DNA of 59,990 bases, the filler included, from Basidiobolus ranarum (taxonomy: Eukaryota), in assembly GCA_040143965.1 (NCBI GenBank). It is 9 parts of 9 records of this genome, joined end to end, with 100 filler letters (N's around TTAATTAATTAA, not from the genome) between each part and the next. Parts side by side here need not be neighbours in the genome. Positions count along the whole stretch, not along the records: positions 26,769 to 33,346 come from JASJQH010001293.1; positions 33,447 to 40,021 come from JASJQH010001294.1; 7 more parts are not named here. One strand, written 5' to 3'. The position numbers and the translations under genes were made by a program. How positions within the stretch are numbered: the stretch's first letter is position 1; every line of letters starts with the position of its first letter. The notes beneath the pieces were generated by a model. The model saw only the letters and a program-made list of their open reading frames with translations, did no database searches and was not told the DNA's origin. Positions 26,769-40,121 of this stretch are shown here, piece by piece.

Positions 26769-28257
26769 GATTACATTCAAGGAAAGCAACATGTTAAGAA
26801 TATGACTTTTTCCCATGGTACAGTAGTACCATTCTTTGATACCACATCTCGCTACATAGGTGGATTACTGGGTGCATACGAATTGATGCAAGACGCAATC
26901 ATGCTTGAAAAAGCTACTGACCTTGGAAATTTGCTAGCTCAAGCATTTGAATCCCCTTCAGGTATCCCCTATTCTTCACTTAACTTCATATCGGGAGTGG
27001 CAACTACTACAGCTCGTACTGAGGGATCATTACTCGGGGAGATTGGCGGAGTTCAGATGGAATTCAGGAGATTAGCTCAAGTGACTGGTAAGCGACTTTT
27101 CCTCGAGAAGTCACAACAAATCATCGATATGCTAGATCAGAGTACAACGAAGATTCCCGGCCTCTACCCGCAATACATTGATCCTGATTCAGGTGAATTC
27201 AAGAGTCAGATTATCTCCTTGGAGAAGAAAGGGCATAGATTCTATGAGACACTCTTGAAACAATATTTATTCTCGGTCAATACGCTTGAACAATATCGTA
27301 CTATGTGTAAGTAATTGAATGTCTAGATAGTCCATACTGAAGTACCACTAATGAACCTCTTCATAATAATAGATGAACAATCGGTTGATTCGATTCAAAA
27401 GCATTTGATCTATCGTGACTCACAAAAAAGAACCTTCTTAACCAGTTTGGATGAAGATGGAAAAATGACTCAAACAATGAATCATGAAGCTTGCGCTGTG
27501 CCGGGAATGCTGGCACTTGGAGCACATTCTCTTGAACGTCCAGGTGATTTATCGCTGGCCAAGGAATTGATGCAAACCTGTATTGATATGACAGCAGCGA
27601 CATCCACTGGCTTACCACCTAGCAGGATAGCATGGGCCAACAAACATCAGTATGACGCTCTTACTTCCAGTCGCAAGAATGAGATTCGTAACCATGGCTT
27701 TTATGTACTGGAAAAGGATTACCAGCTTTGGTCAGGTAAGTCTGAGCCTGAGTAGAAGTGAAAGGGAGAGTATGGTTCTAATGTGATTATGTAGATATGG
27801 CCGAGAGTCTGTTTATGTTGTACCGAGTTACTATGGACCGTCAATATCAAGAGATTGGTTGGAAGTTCTTTTTGGTAAGCATGGGGGAGGTGAAGACTGC
27901 TCTATCATGCGAGGTATCTAATAGGGAACGTTTACATTCAATCATTTAGGCCCTTCAAAAGCATTGTAAAGTTAAGTATGGTTTCAGTGGATTAAAGGAC
28001 GTCGACAATGACACCTCGAAAGATAATCGCATGGAAAGGTAAGTCTATTTCATTGATATCTTGGCACTCATTAAACTCCGTACTAAATTCCCTCTGCCCC
28101 TAGTCAATTCTTGGCCAAGACAATGAAATATTTGTTCCTGTTATTCACACCTAATGACTTTTTACCCATTGATGAGTATTTATTTACCACTGGTGGTCAT
28201 GTCATACATATACCAAGAAAATGGGAGTCTACACATGGTTCCGAGAGTCAAGTTTGA
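26769..28257 (+). CDS. GH47 alpha-1,2-mannosidase-like protein with degenerate active site (5'-partial); exons <26769-27306, 27373-27735, 27795-27874, 27950-28038, 28104-28257
   Basis: FDTTSRYIGGLLGAY, AFESPSGIPY, MAESLFMLYRVT and DNRMESQFLAKTMKYLFLLF, with intact GT-AG introns. Confidence 0.88.
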
Positions 28258-29193
28258 TGCACAAATTATTAATTTCATTCACCTCCTCCGCCCACTTGTT
28301 GCATGTTGTTCAACGTGTAACTAACCCACTCTTTTGACGTATATAAATTTGCGTGTACAGACGAATTTTTTATCTTATGTTGTTAGTCATGATCTTCCTC
28401 CCCCGCAAGTCCTTTTGTTCTTCGTATTTTTTAAGTTTCATTGGAAAATTGATAAATCTTCCCAAAATAAACAAATATCCTTTCTTATATTTAACCCTCC
28501 ATACCGGTGGGGGGGGGTTTTAATACGGAGATTGTGGAGTCGCAAGGTCATGTGCTTCGGGGATATAAAGAGATAGAGAATGATTGAATTCCCTTGTTCC
28601 GCAGATTCTGATACAATATAATTGTTCTTTCATGTTCTCCATGATTGGAAAACAAAGAAAATATCTAGAGAACAGAAATCAATTCTAGACCCAGAGAAAG
28701 GAAAGGTCACTTTGTTGTAAATCAGCATGGTGGAGATACAATTAACTTGGACAAAGTGTTCTAACCTTTAAGGTAATGGTTGGATTTGTTGAAAGCCCAT
28801 CCAATACCTGTAGCTTACTTGTATGCTTACCGGCTTCGATGCGATAATGTGACTGATGGCGTATCAGTGGTGGATGGTGCGCTTCAGCGTTCGTCGACTA
28901 CAGCCCCTTGGTGTTTAAGTATGTATTGATTGGACTCGGAGGAACAAGCCACCTCAGTAGAAATGGTAATGATTGGAGTTGGAAGGTAGAGAATGTCCAT
29001 GAGAAGTGGACGTAGTGACAAACGGCAGTGGTTAAGTTGTTGATCTGGGAACGAGATTTATTTACATTTTCAACGAGATTTAATTCAGTCAGATCAGATA
29101 TATATAGAGGAAAGTAAGTCCATTAGGTTAAAAAAGCTGATGTTTAAGTGAATTCAAATTGTCCAATGGTGTTGAAGAAAAACCAAGTTTCAA

Positions 29194-29919
29194 CTAAAAG
29201 ATACCCAGTGATTCCTTCGCATGTTGCTTTTGGGTAGATTCCTCAGAGAGTTTTGTGTTCTTCTCCAACAGTAATGCGCGTAGCCATTCTACCTCTTTCT
29301 CCAATTCCTTCACTCTACTTTCCATAGTTTCCGCTTTGGTTGTCATCTCTTCAACTGTCTTTTCGAGTATTTGTTCACGAATCTTCTTTTTGATTCGGAA
29401 TCTGGCTGAAGCAGCCGTGTTTCGTCTGCGCTTATCTTCTTCGGCGGTGGATTGTTCTGGGGATCCTTCTCCATCAATATCTCTGTCTTTCATGGATTTT
29501 TTTCGCTTATTCTGAGGCACAGGTTGTGTTTTCAACAGAGATGAGTTGTTTTGTGCAGTGGTGTTCTGGGTAGACTCAATTAAGTCTGGGGTGCCAGTGG
29601 TCAAAGGAAAAGCTGGATGGGGAGCCATCAAGCTAGTGAACTCCGACCCATCATCAAAAAGGTTGATAACAGGAGATACTGCAGATTGACTGAGAGCGGG
29701 CGTACTCATAGGTGGTGTACATAGATTTAGACTAAACGTATCAAATACTGAGGATACTAAGTTGTGGTTCAGGTCAAAAGGGATGGTTGAATCGTAGGTG
29801 AATTGAGCTGTGCTCCACAAGTCCAACTCTTCTTTGATTTCTTTGCCATCCGTTTCAGATGAATGCTGAAGGTTTAGGCTGTTTGGGGTTACAAAATCGA
29901 ATGTATCGAACTGTGCCAT
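29194..29919 (-). CDS. bZIP transcription factor, Cys-3/MetR/Zip1-like
   Basis: Basic region EEDKRRRNTAASARFRIKKK followed by a leucine zipper (ESRVKELEKEVEWLRALL). Confidence 0.88.
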   Translation of the reverse strand: MAQFDTFDFVTPNSLNLQHSSETDGKEIKEELDLWSTAQFTYDSTIPFDLNHNLVSSVFDTFSLNLCTPPMSTPALSQSAVSPVINLFDDGSEFTSLMAPHPAFPLTTGTPDLIESTQNTTAQNNSSLLKTQPVPQNKRKKSMKDRDIDGEGSPEQSTAEEDKRRRNTAASARFRIKKKIREQILEKTVEEMTTKAETMESRVKELEKEVEWLRALLLEKNTKLSEESTQKQHAKESLGIF

Positions 29920-32900
29920 ATCGATAATTGGTGTGAATACGCTTTATATACGGGATATGTTGTAGGCTCGTAGTTTCATACAAAGGAATAGAGACGGCCA
30001 ATATTTATTTAACGGATCCTAATAATGAAGAACTTGAGAATGTAAAATCGAGAGCGCAGCTTATATAGTTTCTGCAATTCACAGCGCCAGCCAATTGTAG
30101 CGTGAATAGAGCCTCAAAATTGAGCATCAGGGCCTAAATCTACCACCAAATCCAGCAGGAGGGCATTAAAGCAAAGTTTCAATCGATTACTAATGGCTTG
30201 ATGGATTTGTCATAAAATTCGATGAGTGTTCAAACCCGTTTTAGTACTGGAATCTCGACTGTAGAAGAAAACTTGCATGTACCTTGATCATCAGCGGATT
30301 GATCCTAAGCTCTGGGATACTAGCACGAAATGCACATGCGACCCATTAAAATGAATAGGCCAGTAGCGTTCGATGGCTAAGGAACCTTGTTACTACGCCA
30401 TGATCTGCAATGGCAAAGATGACTCTCAGATATATGGACCCTACTAAGGTCTTACCACTGCCTCTTGGCAGTAGTTCTCGATATTTTATCAAACTGGAAG
30501 CCAACAACCCCCTGCACTCTACCCTCTACCCCCACAACCGCAAGCGATGGTATAAGGTAAACCTAGACAAGATCGCAACTCATTATTTGGTGAATTCGGC
30601 CAACAAATGAAACGAGATCCTGATCATCTAGTGAAATGCGCTCTTTTTGTCATGACTGCTAATTATTGCATTGCGATGATCAGCATTACCTGTGACCCTT
30701 TGCGGTGATTTATACCCACAAAATCGTCAGTCACTAAACAGTGGAGCTCAACTAATGATGGAGATTCGATGTCTACCTCGATCCTTTATGCGATAACCCA
30801 GTCTCGTATTGGATTTGATCCGTCTTACTTGATTTGCCAGATTGGTTTGTAGATGATAGATAAGCCAGCCCTCCAATTATCAAATCATTCCACGCTGGCA
30901 TTGGTGCACCTCATTCGATGTTCGGCTGCGGATCACCTGATGAAAACTACTCTTGGTACTATTTACGCTATATTAATTGGCATTGTCTGACTGATGTGCC
31001 ACCTTTGCACTCCTTACAGCTCCATCACAACGGGATCGATAGCTAGATTCATTTGATGGGCGATATTGGCATTCGTTCAGCAGCTAGCAATTACTGGTGG
31101 ATACTCTTTGTTCAGATTGAGACGGGAAGGTGGGCTCCAGGTTCTGAAGAGGCTCATTCTCTGGTGTATTGTATTCTTTCACATGCACTTCCTGGTTATG
31201 TCTCTTGTTTCGTTTCAGAATTATTCTAGAACTATCCCTGATGCACTTTCTAAAGATAGCGAGTAGATGGTTGGTCTCGGCCAGTTCATTGGCCAGCCCA
31301 AAGGTTGTTTGCTTTTAATGTGAGTTTAGTTTAGCGACTACTGTATTTGACACTCAGTGATCTGTTGGCCATATTGAACACGTGAAAATAACCCAGTCAA
31401 GAGTTCTTTTATTGGGTAAAAGCAAAATTTGAAGACAGATTTCAGTAATTCCTCCTCGATCTAATCGAAAGGATGGGACAACAATAATGTTAAATCATGA
31501 GAGCAACTCTGTCGCAGAGATACATCAGATTACAGAGTGGCATCTAGATGAAAGTGTTTGAATCTCTTGAGTCTCAAGATGCTGAGTAAGGTTGCAGTTT
31601 ATTTGCGTGCCTTGAACAGGTGCTGAAGAGTAGGCGTTGATTGACGGAGTACTCCAACTCTAAGGGTAATTCGGGCTGTTGATAAACAGAAGTCAGAATT
31701 AACACTTCGACGTTAGTAGGAAGTAAACAATGTTTGCGATATTTCTACTCAATTATTGTCCACCTGGTATCTTTTCGTATCGTTACACTCAGATCTATTC
31801 TTCGCTATCATCGACAACAATTATCACCATCATCATTGACTAAGCATGGTAGGCGTCTTCTTCCTAACCTGGTCATCGTTGGAACGGTATCCCTTTCCTT
31901 TCAAAAAACTTATATACTACTCAGAGTCTTTGATATACCAGCACTAGAACATGCATCCTTATATTTTCCTTAATCTCTGTTGGATATATGAGCCAGTGAA
32001 CTTTTTAAGGGGTTAAAACTATTTCCATTATACTAGTTATTTATAACAGAGCTCTAAGTTGTATTGGTGGGCATTATTTCAAATGAATCTCGTTTATAAA
32101 TATCTATGCAAGGTAGGTTTGAGTGCAACGGAAGACAAGTATTCTCACAACCGCAAGTAGGGCCGATTTCAAAGGTCCGTCCGTGAATGACTTATTTCAC
32201 TGTTTATTGCTAGCCAATAGCATTATCAAATATGCGATCTTTATTCGCACATTTGTCATCTTTCCCCATCAATGTCTACGAAATTGGCATATTTGTAACA
32301 TCCCGTCAACTTATTACAGCATATTACTAATAGCAGTTTGGAAATACACGCAGAGTGCCTAATCGTAACTCGGATACCTACAGTTGGATGTCGACGTAAT
32401 AAGATGTATCATAGCTGGGTTAGTATATAAAGGCACTGGAATAGAATAATATTAAAAAGACGTCCTATTTCACGAATTACAGGCACATCGAAATTCAAAG
32501 GCTAAAGCCAGATTCGAGTGAACCCTTGGACAGGGGTAAGATTTGTGCTTACTAATAATTAACACCAAAAAATCTAGAATAATTGTGATGTCGTGGCTAG
32601 TGCAATCTGAAAATCCCCCTGCCCAACTGATACGAGCAATGACGCAACACTTTACTTAAACTCCGCTTGTAAGAATACAGAATGGAGAGATTGTAATTCT
32701 ATCGGTTTAACCATCATACGATGTATAGCCCAAACATTTGGCTATGACAGATTCATAGCAATTTCTGGAACCACAACGTTGATTGTACTCAAGAGCATGT
32801 TAACTTGCCATCATCCGTGCGTGGTAAGCATATGATTATTACTTAGCTTTTGACATCCATGACTGAGACGCATGATCGAGATGTATTGTTCTAATTATAG

Positions 32901-33146
32901 CGGGGATACTTGGCGATTATCGTATGAATCTCGTCACTGGATGACAGCTGGGCTGTAATTTAAATAGAAGGAATGATGATAGGAATAATATAATGGGTAG
33001 ATTATCAAGAGAAAGTGCTGCTTTGAAGTTATTTAATAGTTAATTTAGAAATAGATCTTTTGAGTCCGTATGATGACCTAGACTACATTTAGAAGTGATA
33101 GATTTTGATCTAATTGTATGTTTATATTCGGGTGTGGCGAAGTTCT

Positions 33147-33346
33147 TTACTCTTCGTCTTCTCCACCATCTTGCCAATCGCAAGCGATGCTGTCTCCTTC
33201 TACAGGCTTACAGATGGTGCCCTCGGAGCAGGTGTTTGACACCCAGGCACCATCTACACACCACTGAAAATCAGGGGAATTAGACCCGGACCATTGGTAC
33301 TGCCCGTCTTGACAATCTTCGCCTGAAACAGCGGAACTTGGGTCAG
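33147..33346 (-). CDS. 3' end of a gene with a CBM19-like Cys-rich chitin-binding module (5'-partial)
   Basis: Reads DCQDGQYQWSGSNSPDFQWCVDGAWVSNTCSEGTICKPVEGDSIACDW...EE*. It is absent from the ORF track because it has no start codon in the contig. Confidence 0.7.
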
Positions 33347-33446
33347 NNNNNNNNNNNNNNNNNNNNNNNNNNNNNNNNNNNNNNNNNNNNTTAATTAATT
33401 AANNNNNNNNNNNNNNNNNNNNNNNNNNNNNNNNNNNNNNNNNNNN

Positions 33447-34242
33447 CTTTAAATCATTGGAATACCAAAAATGCACAGCAGGTCATAGTAAAAACATTAA
33501 ACAACCAGAAATAAGATCCTTATCTTGGCACCATATGTTGAAAACTTGACCATAACCACAAATGATTTAGGAGCACTTAATCTGACAAAAAAAGGCTTAT
33601 CAAACTAATCTCAAATGACTGCTATGGGAGAATTAAGTTTTTCTCTTGGAGTTCATATCAAGCAAGAAAACCCAATCAGAAAATCATGCTGAATTAGCCT
33701 AATTTGTCCTAGACATCCTGGAGTGCTTCAATATGAAGATTTGCAAGCCTATACCAACTCAAAGGCTCCCATTGTAAAATTTATCAAATTTTCATCTTAT
33801 TAGGCCTAAAATAACTCATATCAAAGCCAGGTGCTCACTTAGCTATTCATGGTGGGTAGTTGTATATAATTGTTTGAACACATCCAGATATTGCTGTGGC
33901 AAGGGGAACCATTAGCTAATATCTCATAAATCCAGGATATGAGCACAAAACTGCAGCAAAACAGATATTCAGATACTGAAAAATGTGGGTTTATTGCCCT
34001 AATTGATAGAAATATTAATTAGATCTATCTGACCAATTTTCACTATTTTCTCAATACTTCTTGAGATCACCTCAAATTTACCCCTGCTTAACAGGCATGT
34101 TTGTTATGATCTAAGCATGTGCAATGGTCCTGTTCTGTAGCAAACTATAAATAGGACAAATGCAATTCAATTAAACTTGGGTGTTTAATTCACAAATTCA
34201 AATCTTTTCCAAAACACCTCCAATTCCCTTAAATACTTTCAG
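33447..34242 (+). mobile_element. Copia family B RT fragment fused to a partial family B LTR (~33980-34242)
   Basis: Homologous to 21400-21970 (reverse complement) and to the LTR at 35482-35836. Confidence 0.8.
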
Positions 34243-34390
34243 TTATTCATGCCAGATATGACAAACTCATTTTTATCAGCCTTATATACTGATGATGTTA
34301 TTATATCAACTAATAACTTGAAGATTTTGGAGAAAACCAAATCCAACTTATCTGCCAAGTTCAAAATGACTGATCTTGGTGAACTGATAT

Positions 34391-35356
34391 TGTAGTATGG
34401 GATAGAGGTGTTAACTTACTCTATCTTTAAAGGGTAAAGACACATTACAGTATGCCAATAGCTTGAAGACTTTCTGAGAAAATATTTTTTCTGATGATAG
34501 ACTATCTAGAATCTTCAATACTACAAGGGTAGATCAAACTCTGGTTGTTTCTCTGACTTGGAGTCTGAAGAAAAAACTATAATTCTTTAAGATTGGCAAA
34601 GACTTTGATTAAGAGTGAAGTGTATTTTATGGCTGTATAAGTGAAGATTACTATAAACAAATCAGAACAACAATCTTCAAAAATCAAGCCTAGTTGAGTT
34701 GCAATAGGAATCTTTATTATCCTACTATGATACATGGTAGAATAACTTGTTGAAGAAAGGATAAGAATATGGTGCAGTTTTGGATGGTGCCATGGCTAGA
34801 AGCTTTTTCACTAGAGGGAAGGGTTGCTTATAGAAAGAAATAGCTTAGATCAAATGCTATAAATTGGTGGCTGAGTATGAATACTCTGAGTGGGGGCTAA
34901 GCATCAAAGTGCCAATAGGATCACTAATATAGCAGTTGTGGCTTCAACACCTCACACATATCAGCATAAATTACTGTGGCAGATCTGTGCAACATTTGAA
35001 GAGAATCAGTTGGCTGGTTCAAAAGTTAGTACTAGTTTTGTGAGTATCTTGAGGTCCTGAATTCCTGGGTTCTAAATATATGCTAGTGTTGATTTTTGAG
35101 ATGGCAATTTTGAAATGGTTGTAGCTCCCCCAATTATGTATCAAATCTTATGAATTGTGCATACTTGCAAAGCTCTAATTCAGGAGTTTACAATCAAAGT
35201 TAGAGTTACTGTAATCAGCCAAATATTGATGTGACCATGATCAATCAAATGTTCCTGTTCTTTTTCTTAATCTGTAAAAGTATTTCAGATAGCTATATAT
35301 TATGTTCTCCCTGCTAATTATGTGCAAGACATTATTGGAATACTTCCAACACTACA
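34391..35356. mobile_element. 966-bp solo-LTR-like insertion (TGTAGT...ACTACA) with near-perfect 4-bp TSD ATAT/ATGT
   Basis: Removing it restores the RT sequence GAACTGATGTACTATCTTG (compare 46301-46320). Confidence 0.75.
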
Positions 35357-35481
35357 ATGTACTATCTTGATATTTAAACTACGATAGATAGAATTACTAA
35401 AGCAATGACTTTAACCCAGTCTAAATAATCTATATATACTAAAAAAGTTGTAAGTAGATAAATATATTCCAATATCTACCC

Positions 35482-35836
35482 TCTTGAAATTAGATAAATA
35501 GCTACCGCAACTCATTATTTAGTAGTAGTATATTCACATTCTGATTATTTAGCACTCAATTCTGCCATTTAAAATGTGTGTTTATTGCTCTAATTGATAG
35601 AATTATCAATCAGATCACTTTTACCAATTTTCACTATTTTCTCAAAACTCTCCTAATCATCACAAATTTTCGCCCATGCTTAACAGGCATGTTTGTTATA
35701 ATCTATGCACATCCAATGGTCCTATTTTGTAGTAAACTATAAATAGGACATATTCAATTCAATAAAACTTAAGTATCTAATCCGCAATTGCAAATCCTGT
35801 CTATAACACTTCCAAATCCCCTAAACACTCTTATCA
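35482..35836 (+). mobile_element. Solo LTR, copia family B, TSD TACCC
   Basis: TACCC at 35477-35481 and 35837-35841. The sequence matches 20540-20891 (reverse complement). Confidence 0.9.
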
Positions 35837-36120
35837 TACCCCAATAAAGGCAAATCTTAACTTGACCAAAAATGGCTCAAATCACATGTTGTTGGACTCA
35901 AATGAAATCCAGAAATTATCTGGTCAATCCATGGTTGGCTGTTTGATGAATACCATGGTTGCAACATGGCCAGATAGTTCATATGCTGTGGGAGTTATGC
36001 TTCAATATTTTCAAAGTTGTGGATCCCATCAAATCATACCAATTCAGTGGATTTTCAGACATTCAAAGGTACTGTGGATCTATACTTAAAGTACTTATAT
36101 TCTGGATCCAACTTTGATCT

Positions 36121-36471
36121 TGATAAAAGTGTTTAGGGGATTTGGAAGTATTTTGGACAAGGGTTGGATTTGTGAATTAGACACTTAAGTTTTATTAAAT
36201 TGAATATGTCCTATTTGTATTTTACTATGAAATAGGACTATTAGACATGCTTAGATCATAACAAACATGCCCATTAAGCATGGGGAAAATTTGAGGTGAT
36301 TTGGATGAAATTTGAGAAAATAGTGAAAATTGGTAAAAGTGATCTAATTGATATTTCTATCAATTAAAGCAATAAACACATGTTTTTGAATGACAGAATT
36401 GGGTGCTACATAATCAGAATATTAATAAACAAACTGCTAAATAATGAGTTGCTATTTACCTAATTTCAACA
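36121..36471 (-). mobile_element. Solo LTR, copia family B, TSD GATCT
   Basis: TG...CA ends, with GATCT at 36116-36120 and 36472-36476. Excision restores SGSNFDLMGYSDA. Confidence 0.93.
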
Positions 36472-37239
36472 GATCTGATGGGTTATTCAGATGCAAATTG
36501 GGAAAGAGACATTGGTGACAGAAGATCCACAACAAAATACTTATTTCTTTGCTGCAATGGAGCTATTTCTTAGGATTCCAAGAATAAGCCTACCATAGAA
36601 CTTTCAACAACAGAAGCAGAATACATGGCTGCCTGGGAAGCGACAAAAGAAACAATATGGTTAAGAAAATTCCTACCAGATTTAGGCTTTTCTCAAAATT
36701 TACCAACTACAATATTTCAACACAATCAAGGTTGTATCCAATTAGCCTAAAATCCCATGTTTCATAATCAAAGCAAACATGTAGATATTAGACATTGTTT
36801 CATTAGAGAGGTGATAGAAAATAAGTATAATTATCTAACTATTACATTAGAGAGGTCATGATTGCTGATAGAATAACTAATCCATGAGCTAGATGGAAAT
36901 TTGAGAAATTTAGACCTTTACTGGGGTTAGTTTATATGACTATTTAGTTGGGGGAGACTGTTGAAATTGGCCTTGCCTAAGCACCTATATAGTCACATAT
37001 AGCTTAGTACTTAGTTATTTTATAATACACTATGATATAATTCATTATTCTCAATCAGAACTTTCTTGGAATATTTTTACAAACTCAGAAGTTCTCAGAT
37101 ATATAGAGTAGCCCCAAACTTTGCATACATGTTTTGGGGACCTTCCTTAACACATTCTACATGTATTCACATCTCAACAAAACTATTGATGACAACTTTT
37201 AAGTCATTTAATAAGTGAAAATTGCCAATTAATCTGATT

Positions 37240-38254
37240 CTACAAAACATGAACACATGTGTTTTCAAAGAAACCTTGACTTTTGAAATTCTGGTAGTGA
37301 TATCCATCAAGCATATTAGTAATACCATCAGCTTTATGGTGAGTACTTTGGTACTGGATCAATGATGTATATATGGGTGATTTCATTAAAACTTCAAGAC
37401 AGGGAATCAATGGTATGTATGCCAAAATGAACAATATTTAACTGATTCAGTGATTGCCAATGGTGTGCAAAAGTATATAACTTCAGGTTTTTCAGATCAC
37501 CAGTGAAAGCCAAACATCCATTTGGATACAAAGGTAGTTTAATCACTAAAGGATTATAAGTCATATGATTGACAAGTATTTTCCACTTGTACCAGGTCTG
37601 TGGCAAGCAACAGTTGCCAATCAACTGTGGTAAAAGTGTAAGAAAACCAATAAACACTTGCTTGATAAGATTAGCTTGAACTCTCCACTCCTCAATAATC
37701 AAAGCTGCTTCCTTTAATGTCAGTGTTATGAGTGAACTAATGCTTGCAAATCACAAAGAGTCCATTACAAGACTGTCATTGTCTTGTTCGACTTTTGATA
37801 TTCTACCATCAGAAGCAGAATAACTAAGTTGAACACCTAGCTGCATATCCTTAAAGTTGTCTGGATTGACTGGTATAATCAAAGTTGCATTTCCACCTAC
37901 ATTATGCTGGGCATATAACTATGGTAACTCCATAGTACCTGACTTTCAGCAGTGTTATCAAAACTTTGCGGTAAAGCACAGCCAGTGGACTTGGTGGGCA
38001 CAACTAAAGTCAATTTTAGGCACTTATTACTATTTACATTCACCAGGCTTTGTACAGTGACCATGCTTGTGATAATTTTCTCTATGGAGTCTCTGGCTTT
38101 CATAGCACAAGAATTTGTGACTATAATAGTAGGGCTTCTTTAAACATTTGTATTTTGACTTTATAAGGATAATGTAGAAAAAAGAACACTTCCTATGTAA
38201 GGGTTGTATTTCAGGCATATCACAACAATATCATCAGCCAATTCTGCGACAGGG
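37240..38254 (-). mobile_element. Decayed N-terminal part of a CACTA/CMC-like (Tnp2) transposase
   Basis: PLYPNGCLAFTGDL and YIPLIPCL...YQ...NMLDGYHY resemble the C.N.C..F.G, YIPL.PRL and D..DG..Y motifs of fungal Tnp2 transposases. Confidence 0.65.
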
Positions 38255-38514
38255 TCACAGATGAGACATCAGGGGATTTACAAGTTTTTCTGGTAGTGTA
38301 TGGTAATTATGGTGTATTGTGAGCTGTTTCAAAACCACTTCATTAAACTAAGTTTACCAACTGAAAATTTCAATGCCATTCCAAAATTTTTCAAAATCAA
38401 GTCAAAATTGGCTTTGAAGCAAAAGCCTGCTGGCACAAAAGGAAAAAAAACCTGCTAGAGCACATGACTTGATTGATGAGCAATCAGGCAGCCAATTAAC
38501 CCCTTTGGAAGGCA

Positions 38515-40021
38515 TTAACATGCTGGAAACTAACTCAGGTAATGACAAATTGTTAATCAGTTTACCAGATGTGTGCCTTTCCAGCCATAGTGCAAACTAA
38601 GAGATTATAATCCCCTAATTATGTAGTAAGTCAGTAGTTGAGCAAAGTTCAACAGAAACACCATCAAGACCATCAGTTTCCAAAATGCCTACTTTGCCAA
38701 CTATGGTAAACCCCTCTGTAGACAATTTAAAAAGAAATATTACAACATGGGGATATCAGGGAGGGCACCATAATGCTTTGTGGGCTATCATAAGTAAAAA
38801 CTATAAAGTTGCCATACAGGCCATAACAAGCAATAATGCCACAAAACAGCAACTAATGCCATGTTCTGAAGGAACTGGTCATCAGTTTGAGAGTCACTCA
38901 ACAATGCTAAAAGACCTTCAGAATGCTTTATTTGAGCAAGAGCAACATGATGCTATCTCCATTTATTCACATATGGTATTCCAATCTATCCCACATCATA
39001 CATACAACTGTCACTATGACAATCTAGCAGAGCAAAATATGAGTAGGAACATTAAGCCTACACAACAACCCAAAATTGCTGTGTCATGTGAAATCTCACA
39101 GAAAAACTAGCAAACCCAAAGACTCTAAATGACAGAGTTACCGTCACTTGCTCTAAAAATGAATGGTTTAACACTTTGGAAACTGTGTGGAGTTATGGAA
39201 AAACCAAAACAGAGGAATTAATTGATGAGCTGTATAGCATTCTACATCCACTTTAGAAGGCATTGACATGCCAGGAACTAACTCAAGTAACAATGAAGCA
39301 ATAATCAATCACCAGATGTGTTCCTCTCTAGCAATAGTGCAGGTGAAGAGATTACAATCCCACAATTATATAGTAAATAAAACGTTGAGCAAAGTTCAAA
39401 AGAAACACTATCAGGACCATCAACTTCCAAAATGACAACTTTGCCAACTATTATTCACCCCTCTGTAGACAAGTTGGATAGAATCATTACAATATAGAAA
39501 TCTTAGTCACAACACCATTGTCATTTGTATGCAATCACAATTAAAAACAACAAAGTTGCTACACAAATCATGAGAAGTAGTAACACTGCAACACTTCAAT
39601 TACTGCAGCATTCTGAAATGACTCGTTAACATTTATAGACTCACTCAAATACAATATAAAACCTACAGAATGCTACATGTGAGCTATAGTAACATGTTGT
39701 TCTTTCTGTTCATTCCCACATGGGATTAAATTCTATCCCACTCCATTTATACTAATATCACTATTACAATATATCAGAGTGGAATCAGTGTTTGACCATT
39801 AGGCCTATGTAACAACCTGAAATTGCTTAGGCATACAAGAGTAGAAATCTTGTAGGAAAACTAGCATACCCACAGACTCTGAATGTTAGAGCTGATGTAA
39901 CTTGCTCTGCTTATAAATGGCTTAACATCTTGGAAACTGTGTAGAATGTTGCCACAATCACCTCAATTTAAGCCAATTATGGAAAAACCAAAAACCAGGC
40001 ATTACTCTGAAGGTTCTTGAC
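38515..40021 (+). repeat. Two diverged ~750-bp tandem units of an unclassified repeat
   Basis: ACATGC..GAACTAACTCA starts near 38519 and 39266. A third copy lies at 23700-24570 (-). Confidence 0.75.
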
Positions 40022-40121
40022 NNNNNNNNNNNNNNNNNNNNNNNNNNNNNNNNNNNNNNNNNNNNTTAATTAATTAANNNNNNNNNNNNNNNNNNNNNNN
40101 NNNNNNNNNNNNNNNNNNNNN

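Larger units (their letters stand above)
34245..37240 (+). mobile_element. Copia family A RT-RNase H, PPT (36950-36958) and 3' LTR start (36959), interrupted by three solo LTRs
   Basis: LYTDDVII, GYSDANW and LSTTEAEYMAA motifs, and the junction GGGGGAGAC|TGTTGAAATTGG. Confidence 0.88.
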
